A stretch of DNA of 58,650 bases from an uncultured Clostridium sp. (GCA_948468505.1 CAOKJE010000002.1:1-58650); one strand, 5' to 3'; positions 1 to 11,307 are shown, counted from the first letter of the stretch. Translations and numbers: made by a program. Notes: generated from the sequence alone by a model not told the origin.

Positions 1-45
1 TAATCTTTATAAAAAAGTGTAAAAAAATGTGTCTAAGTACTTGAC

Positions 46-939
46 CTAAATCCAACCAAAACTGCTATAAAATCCATCTCTATAATCTCCAACTGCAGTT
101 ATGTCTCCACCTTCTATATAGCAATATCTAGCACATATTCCTGCTCCTCCAGTAGCATTTATTTCACCATCATGTATCAATAAATTGTCACAGTCAATTG
201 CTCCGCTTCCACTCATAATCATTCCTTTACATATAATGATACTACCTGATGTTTCAAAATCATCAGCATCTATTGCTGAATGAGCACCTACTCCATTTAT
301 TTCAGAATCGTTAACTACCAATTTTGTTGCTTTAATCCCATCAACATTATGATAAACATAATATTTGTACCCTGTGTACTCAGCATTAATTACACTTTGT
401 TTAATATCTAAAAAATTAGAACTGCAAATATTTCCAACACTAACTGTACTATTTACAATATTCATATCATACTTGTTTTTTGTTTCTATTTCATTTGTAA
501 CAGTAACTCTACTATTATCTATGGTTATATTTCCCCAATTTGAAATTATTGAACTATCACCTTCTATAATAGTTAAGTCAATATCTATAATCTCAATTCC
601 TTTTTCTACATAAATACCATTTTTAATATTATTTATTAATAATTCACCTTCGCCTATAATAGTTAATTTTCCTTCACAGTAAATACCATAATCTGCTTCT
701 TTTTCAAATTTATTTTCTCCACTCAACACAATACTAACATCATCTTCAAAATACATTTGGCAAGTTCCTACACCCTTGACATTCATAATTGTTTCATTAA
801 TATAATTTTTTAATTCTAAAATTTTATCTGTATTGTTGTAGTTATATATAGTTTCATTTGTTGCAATAACTGTTGAATTATACAAAGATATAAACAATAT
901 AACTATTATAAATATTACAAATTTTTGGGTTATTTTCAT
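46..939 (-). CDS. secreted hypothetical protein with N-terminal signal peptide and repetitive Gly/Ile/Asn-rich beta-strand-like C-terminal half
   Basis: Intact 297-aa ORF. Hydrophobic N-terminus MKITQKFVIFIIVILFISL. No recognisable catalytic motif and no dockerin. Confidence 0.55.
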   Translation of the reverse strand: MKITQKFVIFIIVILFISLYNSTVIATNETIYNYNNTDKILELKNYINETIMNVKGVGTCQMYFEDDVSIVLSGENKFEKEADYGIYCEGKLTIIGEGELLINNIKNGIYVEKGIEIIDIDLTIIEGDSSIISNWGNITIDNSRVTVTNEIETKNKYDMNIVNSTVSVGNICSSNFLDIKQSVINAEYTGYKYYVYHNVDGIKATKLVVNDSEINGVGAHSAIDADDFETSGSIIICKGMIMSGSGAIDCDNLLIHDGEINATGGAGICARYCYIEGGDITAVGDYRDGFYSSFGWI

Positions 940-1030
940 TTTTACTATTACTCCTTTCTAGCAGGCACAAATTTGATTGGAAAAAATTAATCTTTTCACT
1001 CTTTATTTTCATTTCATAATACACTTTATT

Positions 1031-2908
1031 TTAATCTAATGTCCTTCCTTCTTCGAAAGCAACATTAATTAAATAAGCATCATATGGATCTACACTTCCA
1101 TCTTTATCAATATCCCCAATTTTAATTTCTTGAGCTGTTGGATATCTACCCTCTTCAAACATAACATTAATAATATAAGCATCATAAGGATCTGCTAAAC
1201 CATCTCCGTCCATATCTCCTAAACTATATTTTTCTATTATGATAACTGGTATGTTATTTTCTTCTGCATAAGTTTGAGCATAAGAACCTTCATATGTATA
1301 AATTGTAAGATTTTCGCATTCATTAAATGCTTTACTTCTAATTGTTGTTACACTTTCTGGTATTACTATTTTTTCTAAATTTGTACATCCATTAAATGCT
1401 CTTGCTTCAATTTCAGTTACACTTTTTGGTAATTCTATGGCTTGTAAAGATGTGCAATTATTAAAAGCATATGTTCCAATTGCAGTTACTTTATCTTGTA
1501 TGTTTATTTCTTGTAAACTAGTACAATTTTGAAACATTTTTTCTTCTATTTTCTGTAAGCTTTTTGATAATGTTACTTTCTGTAAATTAGTACAATCTTC
1601 AAATGTACTGGCTCCCATCATTCGATATACTTTATCTGGAATTACCATTTCTGTTATTCCAGTACATCCTTTAAAGGCTTTTCCTCCTATTTCAGTTATG
1701 TTTTGAGGAATTATTATTTCTTGTAATTTTGTACATCCTTCAAAGGCACTTTCCCTTATAGAAATTGTAGATGTATTTATATTTTGTGGAAATACAAATT
1801 CTTGTAATTCTCCACATCCTTTAAATGCTTGATCTCCTATTATATAAATTTCATCAGCTAATATATTAACTGTTTTTAAGCTTGTACAATTTTCAAATAA
1901 ACTCCCCCCTATACTTTTTACCTTTTCTGGAAGTGTTATTGTTTGCAATTTTGTACAGTCTTTAAATGTGTATCCTCCTATATTTGTTACACTATCTGGT
2001 ATTGTTATTTCTTCTAAACTAGTGCATCCCAAAAAAACGCTTCCACTTAGAGTTACTACACTGTCTGGTATTGTTACTCTTTGTAATTTTGTACAACCAT
2101 AAAATGTGTCATATTCTATGCTAGTTATACTATCTGGTATTACTATTTCTTCTAAATTAATACACTGTTTAAAAACTGAATTTTCTATTGTTTCTACACT
2201 ATCAGGAATATTTATTGTTTGCAATGCATCACAATTTTCAAATGCACTTGCTTTTATAGTTTCCACACCATTTGGTATCATTATAGATTGAAGTCCTCTA
2301 CAATAGATAAATGCACTTGTTCCTATTGTTAGCAACTCTTTCGGTAAATCTATAGTTTGTAAAGCCTCACAACCTTCAAAAGCATTACCTCCTATACTTG
2401 TTACTTGGTCTGGAATTTCTATTTGTTGTAATTTTTTACAATAAGAAAATGTAGTTCCTTCTATTTTAGTTATATCTTTTGGTAATTTTATACTTTCTAA
2501 ATTATAGCAACCATAAAATGCTCCATTTCCTATGGTCTCAATACTATCTGGTAAACTAATATCATAAAAATTCGCACTAGCAAATGCATAATTTCCAATC
2601 GTGGTTATACTTTCTGGAATTGTTATTTTTTCTATATCCCAGTAGTAAAAAGCTTTACTTCCAATACTTGTTACTGAATAATTTTCACCACTAATTTCTA
2701 CGTTGTTTGGTATATTAACCTCTTTTGGTTTTGTTAAAGTTGGATCATTATTTTCTACAATCTCAACTGTTTTTTCAGTTTCACTTAATATTTTATATGA
2801 TAATCCATCTATTTCAATTATATCTTCTGCTGCTATTACATTGTTCATACATGGTATTACAGTTTCTATTATCATTATTAACATTATGATAATTGTTATT
2901 TTCTTCAT
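1031..2908 (-). CDS. cell-surface BspA-type leucine-rich-repeat protein with C-terminal dockerin module
   Basis: 625-aa ORF with signal peptide. About 20 repeats of roughly 23 aa of the type IP.SVT.IG..AF..C..L..I. C-terminal duplicated Ca-binding segment GDMDGDGLADPYDAYIINV...GDIDKDGSVDPYDAYLINV. Confidence 0.85.
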   Translation of the reverse strand: MKKITIIIMLIMIIETVIPCMNNVIAAEDIIEIDGLSYKILSETEKTVEIVENNDPTLTKPKEVNIPNNVEISGENYSVTSIGSKAFYYWDIEKITIPESITTIGNYAFASANFYDISLPDSIETIGNGAFYGCYNLESIKLPKDITKIEGTTFSYCKKLQQIEIPDQVTSIGGNAFEGCEALQTIDLPKELLTIGTSAFIYCRGLQSIMIPNGVETIKASAFENCDALQTINIPDSVETIENSVFKQCINLEEIVIPDSITSIEYDTFYGCTKLQRVTIPDSVVTLSGSVFLGCTSLEEITIPDSVTNIGGYTFKDCTKLQTITLPEKVKSIGGSLFENCTSLKTVNILADEIYIIGDQAFKGCGELQEFVFPQNINTSTISIRESAFEGCTKLQEIIIPQNITEIGGKAFKGCTGITEMVIPDKVYRMMGASTFEDCTNLQKVTLSKSLQKIEEKMFQNCTSLQEINIQDKVTAIGTYAFNNCTSLQAIELPKSVTEIEARAFNGCTNLEKIVIPESVTTIRSKAFNECENLTIYTYEGSYAQTYAEENNIPVIIIEKYSLGDMDGDGLADPYDAYIINVMFEEGRYPTAQEIKIGDIDKDGSVDPYDAYLINVAFEEGRTLD

Positions 2909-2932
2909 TTATTCCATTCCTTTCACTAATTT

Positions 2933-4234
2933 TTAATCTAATGTTCTTCCCTCTTCAAAAGCAACATTAATTAAATAAGCATCATATGGATCTACTGTAC
3001 CATCACCATCAATATCGCCTATTTCCAATTCTTTTTGTGTTGGAATTCTTCCCTCTTCAAACATAACATTAATAAGGTAAGCATCATAAGGATCTGCTAA
3101 ACCATCTCCGTCCATATCTCCTAATTTATATTTTTCTATTAAGACAACTGGTATATTATTTTCTTCTGCATATGTTTGAGCATAAGTGTCCTCATATGTA
3201 TAGATTGTAAAATTACTACACCCTTTAAATGCTTCAATATTAATGAATTCTACACTTTTTGGAATTATTATTTTTTCTAAATTTATACAACCATTAAATG
3301 TTTTTGAGTTAATTTTAGTTATACTTTCTGGTAATTCTATGGTTTGCAAAGACGTACAATAATTAAAAGCTGCTGCTTGTATTGTTGTTACACTATCTGG
3401 TATTATTATAGACTGTAAGCTTGTGCAATGTTCAAATGCTCCTGATTCTATTGTTGTTACACTATCTGGTATTGTTATTTCTTGTAAACTAGTGCAATTA
3501 TTAAATAGTGATCCTTCTATATTTGTTACACTATTAGGAATTGTTATTGATTGTAATTTTGTGCAATACCTAAATGCACTAGTTTTTATTCTTGTTACAC
3601 TATTAGGAATTGTTATTGATTGTAACTTTGTGCAAGACATAAATGTACTATCTCCTATGCTTGTTACACTATCTGGTATTTTGATTTCACTTAAAGATTC
3701 ACATTCCCTAAATGCACTATTTCCTATTGTTTTTAATCTATTTGGCATAATTACTTCTTTTAATTTCGTACACCCATAAAACGCATATTCTCCTATTGTT
3801 TCTACACTATTTTGTAAATTTATTATTTCAAGATTCGTACAAGCTCCAAATGCATAATTTCCTATGCTTGTTACACTATTAGGAATTGTTATTGATTGTA
3901 ATTCTGAACAATGAAATGCATTATTTCCTATGCTTATTACACTATTAGGAATTGTTATTGATTGTAATTTTATGCAATATCTAAATGCACTATTTCCTAT
4001 AACTTTTACTTGATAATTTCCGTTACCAATTTGTATACTACTTGGTATTTTAACTTCTGTTAAATTATTATACTCACCTTTTACCACTTCCACTGTTTTC
4101 TCAGTTTCACTTAGTATTTTATATGATAATCCATCTATTTCAATTATATCTTCTGCTGCTATTACATTATTCATACATAGTACTATAGTTTCTATTATGA
4201 TTATTAATATTATGATAATTGCTATTTTCTTCAT
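2933..4234 (-). CDS. cell-surface BspA-type leucine-rich-repeat protein with C-terminal dockerin module
   Basis: 433-aa ORF. Its N-terminal 45 aa are almost identical to the previous gene. It has the same LRR type and a C-terminal duplicated DxDGDG..DPYDAY dockerin. Confidence 0.85.
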   Translation of the reverse strand: MKKIAIIIILIIIIETIVLCMNNVIAAEDIIEIDGLSYKILSETEKTVEVVKGEYNNLTEVKIPSSIQIGNGNYQVKVIGNSAFRYCIKLQSITIPNSVISIGNNAFHCSELQSITIPNSVTSIGNYAFGACTNLEIINLQNSVETIGEYAFYGCTKLKEVIMPNRLKTIGNSAFRECESLSEIKIPDSVTSIGDSTFMSCTKLQSITIPNSVTRIKTSAFRYCTKLQSITIPNSVTNIEGSLFNNCTSLQEITIPDSVTTIESGAFEHCTSLQSIIIPDSVTTIQAAAFNYCTSLQTIELPESITKINSKTFNGCINLEKIIIPKSVEFINIEAFKGCSNFTIYTYEDTYAQTYAEENNIPVVLIEKYKLGDMDGDGLADPYDAYLINVMFEEGRIPTQKELEIGDIDGDGTVDPYDAYLINVAFEEGRTLD

Positions 4235-4298
4235 TTATTATGGTCCTTTCACCAATTTTAAATCCAATATTCTTCCTTCTTCATAAGTTACTAAAATT

Positions 4299-5576
4299 TT
4301 ATTTTATATTTTCTCCTCTTTCAAATGCTACATTGATTATATAAGCATCATATGGAGTTAACTCTCCATCTCCATCAACATCTCCTATTAAAAGTTCTTG
4401 TTCTGTTGGTATTCTTCCACTTTCAAATATTACATTGATTATATAAGCATCATATGGAGTTATTTCGCCATCACCATCCATATCTCCTAGTAAATAAGTC
4501 ATTTTCTTCTGTCCTTCTGTCTTTAAGGTATAAATAGTCAATTTTGATATAGGTGAAAAGTCTTCTATATAATTATAAGACAAATCCAAATAATTTATTG
4601 GCCCCTTTAAACTAGACAATGCTGATATATCTGTTATTTGGTTATAGCTTAAAGTTAAACCTTCTAAATTAGGTAAACTAGATAATACTGATATGTCTAT
4701 TATATTGTTATCATTTAAGAGTAAGTGTCTTAAATTAGTTAAACTAGATAATGCTGATATATCAGTTATATTGTTATTCCTTAAAACCAAATAATTTATT
4801 TTAGTTAATTGGGATAATGCTGATATGTCTGATATTTTAGTATTCTCTAAATCTAACATTCCTAAATTAGTTAATTTAGATAATACTGATATGTCTATTA
4901 TATTGTTTTCACCTAAATATAAATTATATAATTTAGTTAAACTAGATAATGGCGATATATCTGTTATATTGTTATGATTTAAGTGTAAGTCACTTAAATC
5001 AGTTAAACTAGATAGTGCTAATATGTCTGTTATATTGTTTCCAGCTAAATATAAACTACATAAATTAGTTAAACTAGATAATACTGTTATATCTGTTATT
5101 TGGTTATCAGTTAAGTCTATCCCCCATAAATTAGTTAAACTAGATAATGCTGTTATATCTGTTATTTGGTTTTTACTTAAATCTAAACTTTGTAAATTAG
5201 TTAAACTAGATAATACTGTTATATCTGTTATTTGATTATCATTTAAGTTTAGCGTCCATAAATTAGTTAGACTAGATAACGCTGTTATGTCTGTTATTTG
5301 GTTATTTCTTAAACTTAGACTTGTTAAATTTATTGCATATTCTAATCCTGTTAGATCATTGATTTGAGTAGTATCACCATTAAAATCTGTAATTTCTTCC
5401 ATTTCTGTTCTTGATAACTCTCCATCTCCATCAGTATCATATTCTAACAATGCTGACTTTAAATCTTCATCATAAAATGTTACTATTTCTTCAGCTGCAT
5501 TTACTTCGTTCATATTTAATACACACATTGCTATCAACATTATACCTAATATTATGATAATTGCTATTTTCTTCAT
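4299..5576 (-). CDS. internalin-type (22-residue) leucine-rich-repeat protein with N-terminal EF-hand-like segment and C-terminal dockerin
   Basis: 425-aa ORF with signal peptide. YDTDGDGELSRTEMEEITDF segment. About 13 repeats of the form L..LTNL..L.L..NQITDI..LS. C-terminal GDMDGDGEITPYDAYIINV...GDVDGDGELTPYDAYIINV. Confidence 0.85.
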   Translation of the reverse strand: MKKIAIIIILGIMLIAMCVLNMNEVNAAEEIVTFYDEDLKSALLEYDTDGDGELSRTEMEEITDFNGDTTQINDLTGLEYAINLTSLSLRNNQITDITALSSLTNLWTLNLNDNQITDITVLSSLTNLQSLDLSKNQITDITALSSLTNLWGIDLTDNQITDITVLSSLTNLCSLYLAGNNITDILALSSLTDLSDLHLNHNNITDISPLSSLTKLYNLYLGENNIIDISVLSKLTNLGMLDLENTKISDISALSQLTKINYLVLRNNNITDISALSSLTNLRHLLLNDNNIIDISVLSSLPNLEGLTLSYNQITDISALSSLKGPINYLDLSYNYIEDFSPISKLTIYTLKTEGQKKMTYLLGDMDGDGEITPYDAYIINVIFESGRIPTEQELLIGDVDGDGELTPYDAYIINVAFERGENIK

Positions 5577-5601
5577 TTATTAACAGTCCTTTCACCAATT
5601 T

Positions 5602-8600
5602 TTAATCTAATATTCTTCCTTCTTCAAATGCAACATTAATTAAATAAGCATCATATGGATCTACTGTACCATCACCATCAATATCGCCTATTTCCAATTC
5701 TTTTTGTGTTGGAATTCTTCCCTCTTCAAACATAACATTAATAATGTAAGCATCATAAGGATCTGCTAGACCATCTCCGTCCATATCTCCTTTTTTAGAT
5801 GGTTGAATTATAGTTGTTTGATTATCTACTGTCATAGTTGTTCCTTTATCTTGGAAAACTTGTTGTGCTTTTCTATTTTCAGTTTTGGTCATATCTATAC
5901 AATTACTTGTCAGGTCTATTGTAATAGAACCTGCAACAAAATCTGTATCATCAATTACTTGTGATACTCTAAAATTATAGTCTTTTAATTTAGCAATATT
6001 AGATATTTGATTATTAGATAAATCAAGATTTCTTATATTTTTCCAATTTGCTACACAATCAATATTTTTAATTTGATTATTTGATAAATTAATATCCATA
6101 ATTCTATATCCATAGCACCAATCATAAGCTAATGTATCTTCTTGCATTTTATATAGATTCGTAATTGGTGTAATGTCGGTTATATTGTTGTTAGATAGAT
6201 TTAATTCAAATATTCCAAAACAATTGTCAATACCTGTAATATCACTAATTTGATTGTTTGACAAGTTCAAATAATTTATGTTTTTATTTTCTGTAATTGG
6301 AGTAATATCTGTTATATTATTATTTGATAAATTAAGTACACTTATGTTTAAATATTCTAATCCTGACAAATTGGTTATATTACAATTTGATAAATCTAAT
6401 TCATTTTGTATAACTTGATTGGCTGCCATCAATTCTTTTTTTGTAATTTCATTGTCATGGTTCTGGTCAATTCCATATTCGATTAATTTTGCTTTTAAAT
6501 TGGCTTCTAATTCTACTACATCATCAATTTGGTCTACTTCTCCAACATTTTGATTATTAATTGTGTTGGCAAAAATTAAAGATTCTCTTCCTTCTGCAAT
6601 TTGTCGATATAGTAATTTTTTCAATGCATTATAATTATCATTTCCTTCTTCAAAATTAATATAATTATTCGAAAAATTTATCGTTTCATCATAAATTTCA
6701 TTTGACCATTTTACTTCATCTAAACAAGATATATCTGTAATTATATTATTATTTAAAATACATACTTCTATCTTTTCAAGATTAATAATTGGTGTAATGT
6801 CTGATATATTATTATAAGGTGCATTTATAACTACCAAATTTTTTGCATACTGCAATCCTTCTAAATTAGTAATATTTTTATTTCCGATATCCAAATTAGA
6901 AATATTTATTATGTCATATTCTGTTATTTTTCCATCTTGATCAATATCATAATTTTCTAATAAAACATTTTTTAAGTTACTATCTGGAATCATAATTTCT
7001 TTTGTTTTGTCTCCTTGTGTTATGTTGTTCCAATAAATGTTTATTGAACCTTGAGCTGAATCTGGATTTCCTGTATCATTTATATATTGTAAGTAAGTTC
7101 CAATAGATTCTGTTTTTGTTCCAATACTTTCATTTGCTTTAACTGTTATTGTTTGATTTTCCTCATTTATAGTTATATACTGATTTCCATAACTCATATT
7201 TCTAAATGTAAAATTCTCACAATATAATTTATTTCCTTCTGTCATCATAGCATTAATCACTGGACTCAATTCTTTCCATTTCACTTCTTTTGTGCTACTA
7301 CTGTCAACGTTACCGATATTAGCTACTGTATTACCCAATATCATTTGAATATTATTACAATTCACATTTTGAATAGTTTGTATCCATTCTTCTTCTTTTT
7401 TCATGTGTTGTTTACTTGCTAGGATCATATCACTTGAAGAAGACCTCATATGTCCATTATAATTAATCTTGACTTTTTCTAAATTTTGTAACTGGCATAT
7501 TTCTTCAAAATTTGTAATATCACATAAGTCTCCTTGAATTGAAAAATTTTTCAAGTTAGAAATTGTACTAATTCCTTGAAAACTCAAAGTTTCATCTACA
7601 TATCCCATTCTAATTGTTAAATCTGTAAGATTTTTTACTTGCTCTAAACTTTCTAAATTAACTATTTTTTGTCCAGATAAATCTAACTTTTTCAAATTTC
7701 TACTTTGGGCTATTACTCCGACATCTAACATTGAATTACCAGTTGTAATTGATAATTCTTCCAAATTTGTTATTTTTCCTAATTCTTCTAAATTATATAA
7801 TTTGTTATTACTTGATAAATTAATTTTCTTCAAATTTTGATAGTTTCCTAAATTCTTCAGGTCAAAATCTCTATTAATATTATAAATAGATAATTCTTGC
7901 AAATTATTTAAATTTTCTAAAAACTCAAACCCTTCCATATTTTTATAATCTCTATAAAAAGTTAATTTTGTTAATTTCGTCAAATTCTTAATTGGCATTA
8001 AATCTAAATTTTCTTCTCCATTACTATTTATTTGTAATGTTAATGATGTTAAATTTTTAGCATATTGTATTTCTTCCATACTAGTTAATGTATTAGGATA
8101 ATATATATCAATTGAAAAATTAGTTAATTGTTCCATTTCAAAATATGAAATTTCACCATCATTATTTCTATCTACATTTCTGCTTAATAAACATTGTTTG
8201 AAATTTTCATCTTGAAATATAATATTTTCACTTTCATTATATTCATCTATATCAATATGTACATTTCTATTTCTTAGTATTTGTAAAGTTGTAGCATTTC
8301 CAGTTTCCTTTTGATTGATTGGATTTTGTGTAAGATTTACACTTATCAAGGAATGCAAGTCTTGCAATGGTGTTATATCTGTAATTTTATTTCGACTTAA
8401 GTTCAAGTAGTGCATATTATTATCAATTAGGTTTCTGATAAATTCAATATTATTTATATTATTTTTAGTTGATAATGTTAAGTAGTTTAAACTTGTTAAA
8501 TCACCAATTTTTTCATAGTTAATAAGATTTCCCTCTAGTATTAACTCTTCTAAATTTTGTAAATTTTTAATTTTATCACAATCTATTACAACATTATTTT

Positions 8601-11307
8601 GTGATAAATCCCTAATATATAGATTTTTTAGTTTCTCTAAAGTAGCTATCTTAGAAAGTTCAAGTGTCTTGGCAGGATAATTTATATTTATTGATAAACG
8701 TTCTAAATCTTGTAGCCTGTCTATATTTGTTAAGTCTTGCTCAATTATTGTTAAATGTAACATTTTCAATTTTGTTAATTGGAAAATAGATGATATGTCT
8801 TTACAATGTACATACAAATTAAGTGTTTCCAAATTAGTTGCATATTCTATCCCTTTTAAACTAGAAACTGGATTGTTGTAGTCTATGGTTAAATTTTTTA
8901 TTTGTATCATATCATAATTGGTTATTTTTCCATCATTATCTACATCATAATTTTTTAATAAGTATTTTTTAAAATTTAAATCTTCAATATTAATTTCTAC
9001 TTTTTCACTAACATCTTCAAAAACCTTATAACGAATGGTTATTCTTGTTCCTGAACTAGTACTTTGTTGTTCATAGCCAATATTAATCATTTCTTGGTAG
9101 TTTCCTATCCTTACATCAGTCGCATCTATTACTATTTTGGTTCGGTCTTCCTTTAAAGTTACATGAGTGGGATCTCCATATAACATAGATGTGATATAAA
9201 TTGAGCTATCTTCCACATAAAACTTACTATTCGCATCATTCATTTTATGAAATATTTCTGGAACGTCTATTTCTATTTTTTGTCCTTTCGTTACCTGCAC
9301 ATTATCGATTGTGATATCTTGTGCACATGTAAGATGGTATATGTTCAATCTTTCAATTTCGTCTAAATTTTGTATGTTATTATAACTAACATCTAAAAAT
9401 TGTAAATCATTTGGAGCATTTACAATATTTTCTATGCTTTCTATTTGATTACCACTTAAATTCAAATTTGTTAAGTGAATACTTTTTTCTATATTTTCTA
9501 TGTTACTAATTTGATTATAGCTTAAATTTAAAAGCGTTAAATTTTGAAGTTCATTTATTTTACTAATGTCACTAATTTTATTATTACTTAAATTTAACTC
9601 TGTTAAATTTTCAAGTTTTATAATATTTTCTATACTTTGTATATTAGTTCTATTAAGACTTAGAGTTTCTAACTTTTTTAATTGATTTAAAAACGCTGTA
9701 TTCTCTATTTCCATATTACTTATAGCTAAATTAGTTAGATTAGTTAAGTTAGAAATAATATTTATATTAAAATCGCTTGCAGATTGACAATCCGTTATCA
9801 TAAGAGTATTCAGGCTTTCTAACCCCTCTATTCCTTGTAAATTAGCTATATTTGTACAATCAAAAAACATTAGCTCTTTCATATTTTGATTCACATGGAA
9901 AAGATTTATCGTATTTAAATCTGCCCTACTAATATATAATTTTTCTAAATTTGGTATAGCCTCAATTTCTACAATATCCTCTGTTCCATTAATTCTTAAA
10001 CTTCTTAATATTGGTAATTTTTGTAATACTTGTAAGTTGGTGAATTTTCCATATATATCCAAATCTTTTAAATTTTTACAATATTGGATTCCTTCTATAT
10101 CCATGATTTCATTATTGTCATTCTCAAATGCAAGTTCCTCTATTTTTTCCATATCATATAATGTTATTTTCCCATTTTGATCAGCATCGTAAGAATCTAA
10201 TAATTTTTGCTTTAACTTTTCACTGGCAAACTCAATTTCTTGTTCTTGATCTGCTAATGAATCTAATCTAAATGTAAAGTCAATTGTGGAATCACTTATA
10301 TAGCAAGAATATCCCACATCAGGACCAATTAGATAATTTATTCTACAATTAATTTTTCTTTCTCCTAATTTTCTTTCTGCATCCACAATAAGTTTAGTTT
10401 TATCTTCACTAAAATAAATTTCATCTACGTAGTGATCAGAATTGTATTCTGTAGTAGCTGTTATATTCCAATTTTCTGCATAAAAAGGATTATTAGTATC
10501 AAATACATTAGAAAAATATTGTGGTAATTCAATTTCTATGTGATTATTTTCCGCATCTATTGCTCCCAAGTCCTTTTTTAATCTTTGTGAGCGAGCAATT
10601 AGATCAGCATCTGGATTTTTCTTTTTAATTTCTTCCATTAATGTAAGATCTTCAATATTGTTATTGCTTAAATCTAAATATGTTAAATTGGTTAAGCTTT
10701 GTAATGGTGTAATATCTTTTATTTTGTTATCTCTTAAGGATAAACTATCTAATTGTGTCAGCTTTCTAATTGGAGTAATATCTTCTATTCCAGCCATATC
10801 TAATCTTAATGTATTTAATTTAGTTAGATTTTCTAAAAAACTAATATCTATTATTTCTGATTTTTCCTCATAATAACCTCCTAAATATAACTCTAACCTC
10901 TCTAAATTTGTTAAATTACTTAAAACACTAATATTTTCTAAATTTCTGTGAGTTAAAATTTGTAAAAATTTTAGATTGATAGCATATTCTAATCCTAATA
11001 AATCTTTTAACATTTCTTTTTCATCTGTTGTATAACTTATAAATAAATCGGTTATTTGCTCCATTTCTTTTTTAGATAGTTCTCCATCCCCATTTGTATC
11101 ATATTGTAGCAATTTTTCTTTTAAGTAATTATCATTAAATGTAACAATAGTTTCACCTTCTTGTAATTCTTCTAGTTGTTCTGTTACTACTTCTTCTACC
11201 GCCATAGCAATATAGTTAATAGCTGGTACATAAGACGAAAACATCGCAAATACCGCTATTATAGCTAAAACTTTTTGTTCGATTTTTCTTAATCTTTCTT
11301 TTTTCAT
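5602..11307 (-). CDS. giant (1901 aa) modular leucine-rich-repeat surface protein with C-terminal dockerin
   Basis: Uninterrupted 5.7-kb ORF with an N-terminal hydrophobic anchor/signal. Six modules, each starting with an EF-hand-like segment (for example YDTNGDGELSKKEMEQITDL, YDVDNDGKITNYDMIQIKNL), then LRRs and a non-repeat spacer. Terminal dockerin is identical in sequence type to genes 1031..2908 and 2933..4234. Confidence 0.85.
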   Translation of the reverse strand: MKKERLRKIEQKVLAIIAVFAMFSSYVPAINYIAMAVEEVVTEQLEELQEGETIVTFNDNYLKEKLLQYDTNGDGELSKKEMEQITDLFISYTTDEKEMLKDLLGLEYAINLKFLQILTHRNLENISVLSNLTNLERLELYLGGYYEEKSEIIDISFLENLTKLNTLRLDMAGIEDITPIRKLTQLDSLSLRDNKIKDITPLQSLTNLTYLDLSNNNIEDLTLMEEIKKKNPDADLIARSQRLKKDLGAIDAENNHIEIELPQYFSNVFDTNNPFYAENWNITATTEYNSDHYVDEIYFSEDKTKLIVDAERKLGERKINCRINYLIGPDVGYSCYISDSTIDFTFRLDSLADQEQEIEFASEKLKQKLLDSYDADQNGKITLYDMEKIEELAFENDNNEIMDIEGIQYCKNLKDLDIYGKFTNLQVLQKLPILRSLRINGTEDIVEIEAIPNLEKLYISRADLNTINLFHVNQNMKELMFFDCTNIANLQGIEGLESLNTLMITDCQSASDFNINIISNLTNLTNLAISNMEIENTAFLNQLKKLETLSLNRTNIQSIENIIKLENLTELNLSNNKISDISKINELQNLTLLNLSYNQISNIENIEKSIHLTNLNLSGNQIESIENIVNAPNDLQFLDVSYNNIQNLDEIERLNIYHLTCAQDITIDNVQVTKGQKIEIDVPEIFHKMNDANSKFYVEDSSIYITSMLYGDPTHVTLKEDRTKIVIDATDVRIGNYQEMINIGYEQQSTSSGTRITIRYKVFEDVSEKVEINIEDLNFKKYLLKNYDVDNDGKITNYDMIQIKNLTIDYNNPVSSLKGIEYATNLETLNLYVHCKDISSIFQLTKLKMLHLTIIEQDLTNIDRLQDLERLSININYPAKTLELSKIATLEKLKNLYIRDLSQNNVVIDCDKIKNLQNLEELILEGNLINYEKIGDLTSLNYLTLSTKNNINNIEFIRNLIDNNMHYLNLSRNKITDITPLQDLHSLISVNLTQNPINQKETGNATTLQILRNRNVHIDIDEYNESENIIFQDENFKQCLLSRNVDRNNDGEISYFEMEQLTNFSIDIYYPNTLTSMEEIQYAKNLTSLTLQINSNGEENLDLMPIKNLTKLTKLTFYRDYKNMEGFEFLENLNNLQELSIYNINRDFDLKNLGNYQNLKKINLSSNNKLYNLEELGKITNLEELSITTGNSMLDVGVIAQSRNLKKLDLSGQKIVNLESLEQVKNLTDLTIRMGYVDETLSFQGISTISNLKNFSIQGDLCDITNFEEICQLQNLEKVKINYNGHMRSSSSDMILASKQHMKKEEEWIQTIQNVNCNNIQMILGNTVANIGNVDSSSTKEVKWKELSPVINAMMTEGNKLYCENFTFRNMSYGNQYITINEENQTITVKANESIGTKTESIGTYLQYINDTGNPDSAQGSINIYWNNITQGDKTKEIMIPDSNLKNVLLENYDIDQDGKITEYDIINISNLDIGNKNITNLEGLQYAKNLVVINAPYNNISDITPIINLEKIEVCILNNNIITDISCLDEVKWSNEIYDETINFSNNYINFEEGNDNYNALKKLLYRQIAEGRESLIFANTINNQNVGEVDQIDDVVELEANLKAKLIEYGIDQNHDNEITKKELMAANQVIQNELDLSNCNITNLSGLEYLNISVLNLSNNNITDITPITENKNINYLNLSNNQISDITGIDNCFGIFELNLSNNNITDITPITNLYKMQEDTLAYDWCYGYRIMDINLSNNQIKNIDCVANWKNIRNLDLSNNQISNIAKLKDYNFRVSQVIDDTDFVAGSITIDLTSNCIDMTKTENRKAQQVFQDKGTTMTVDNQTTIIQPSKKGDMDGDGLADPYDAYIINVMFEEGRIPTQKELEIGDIDGDGTVDPYDAYLINVAFEEGRILD

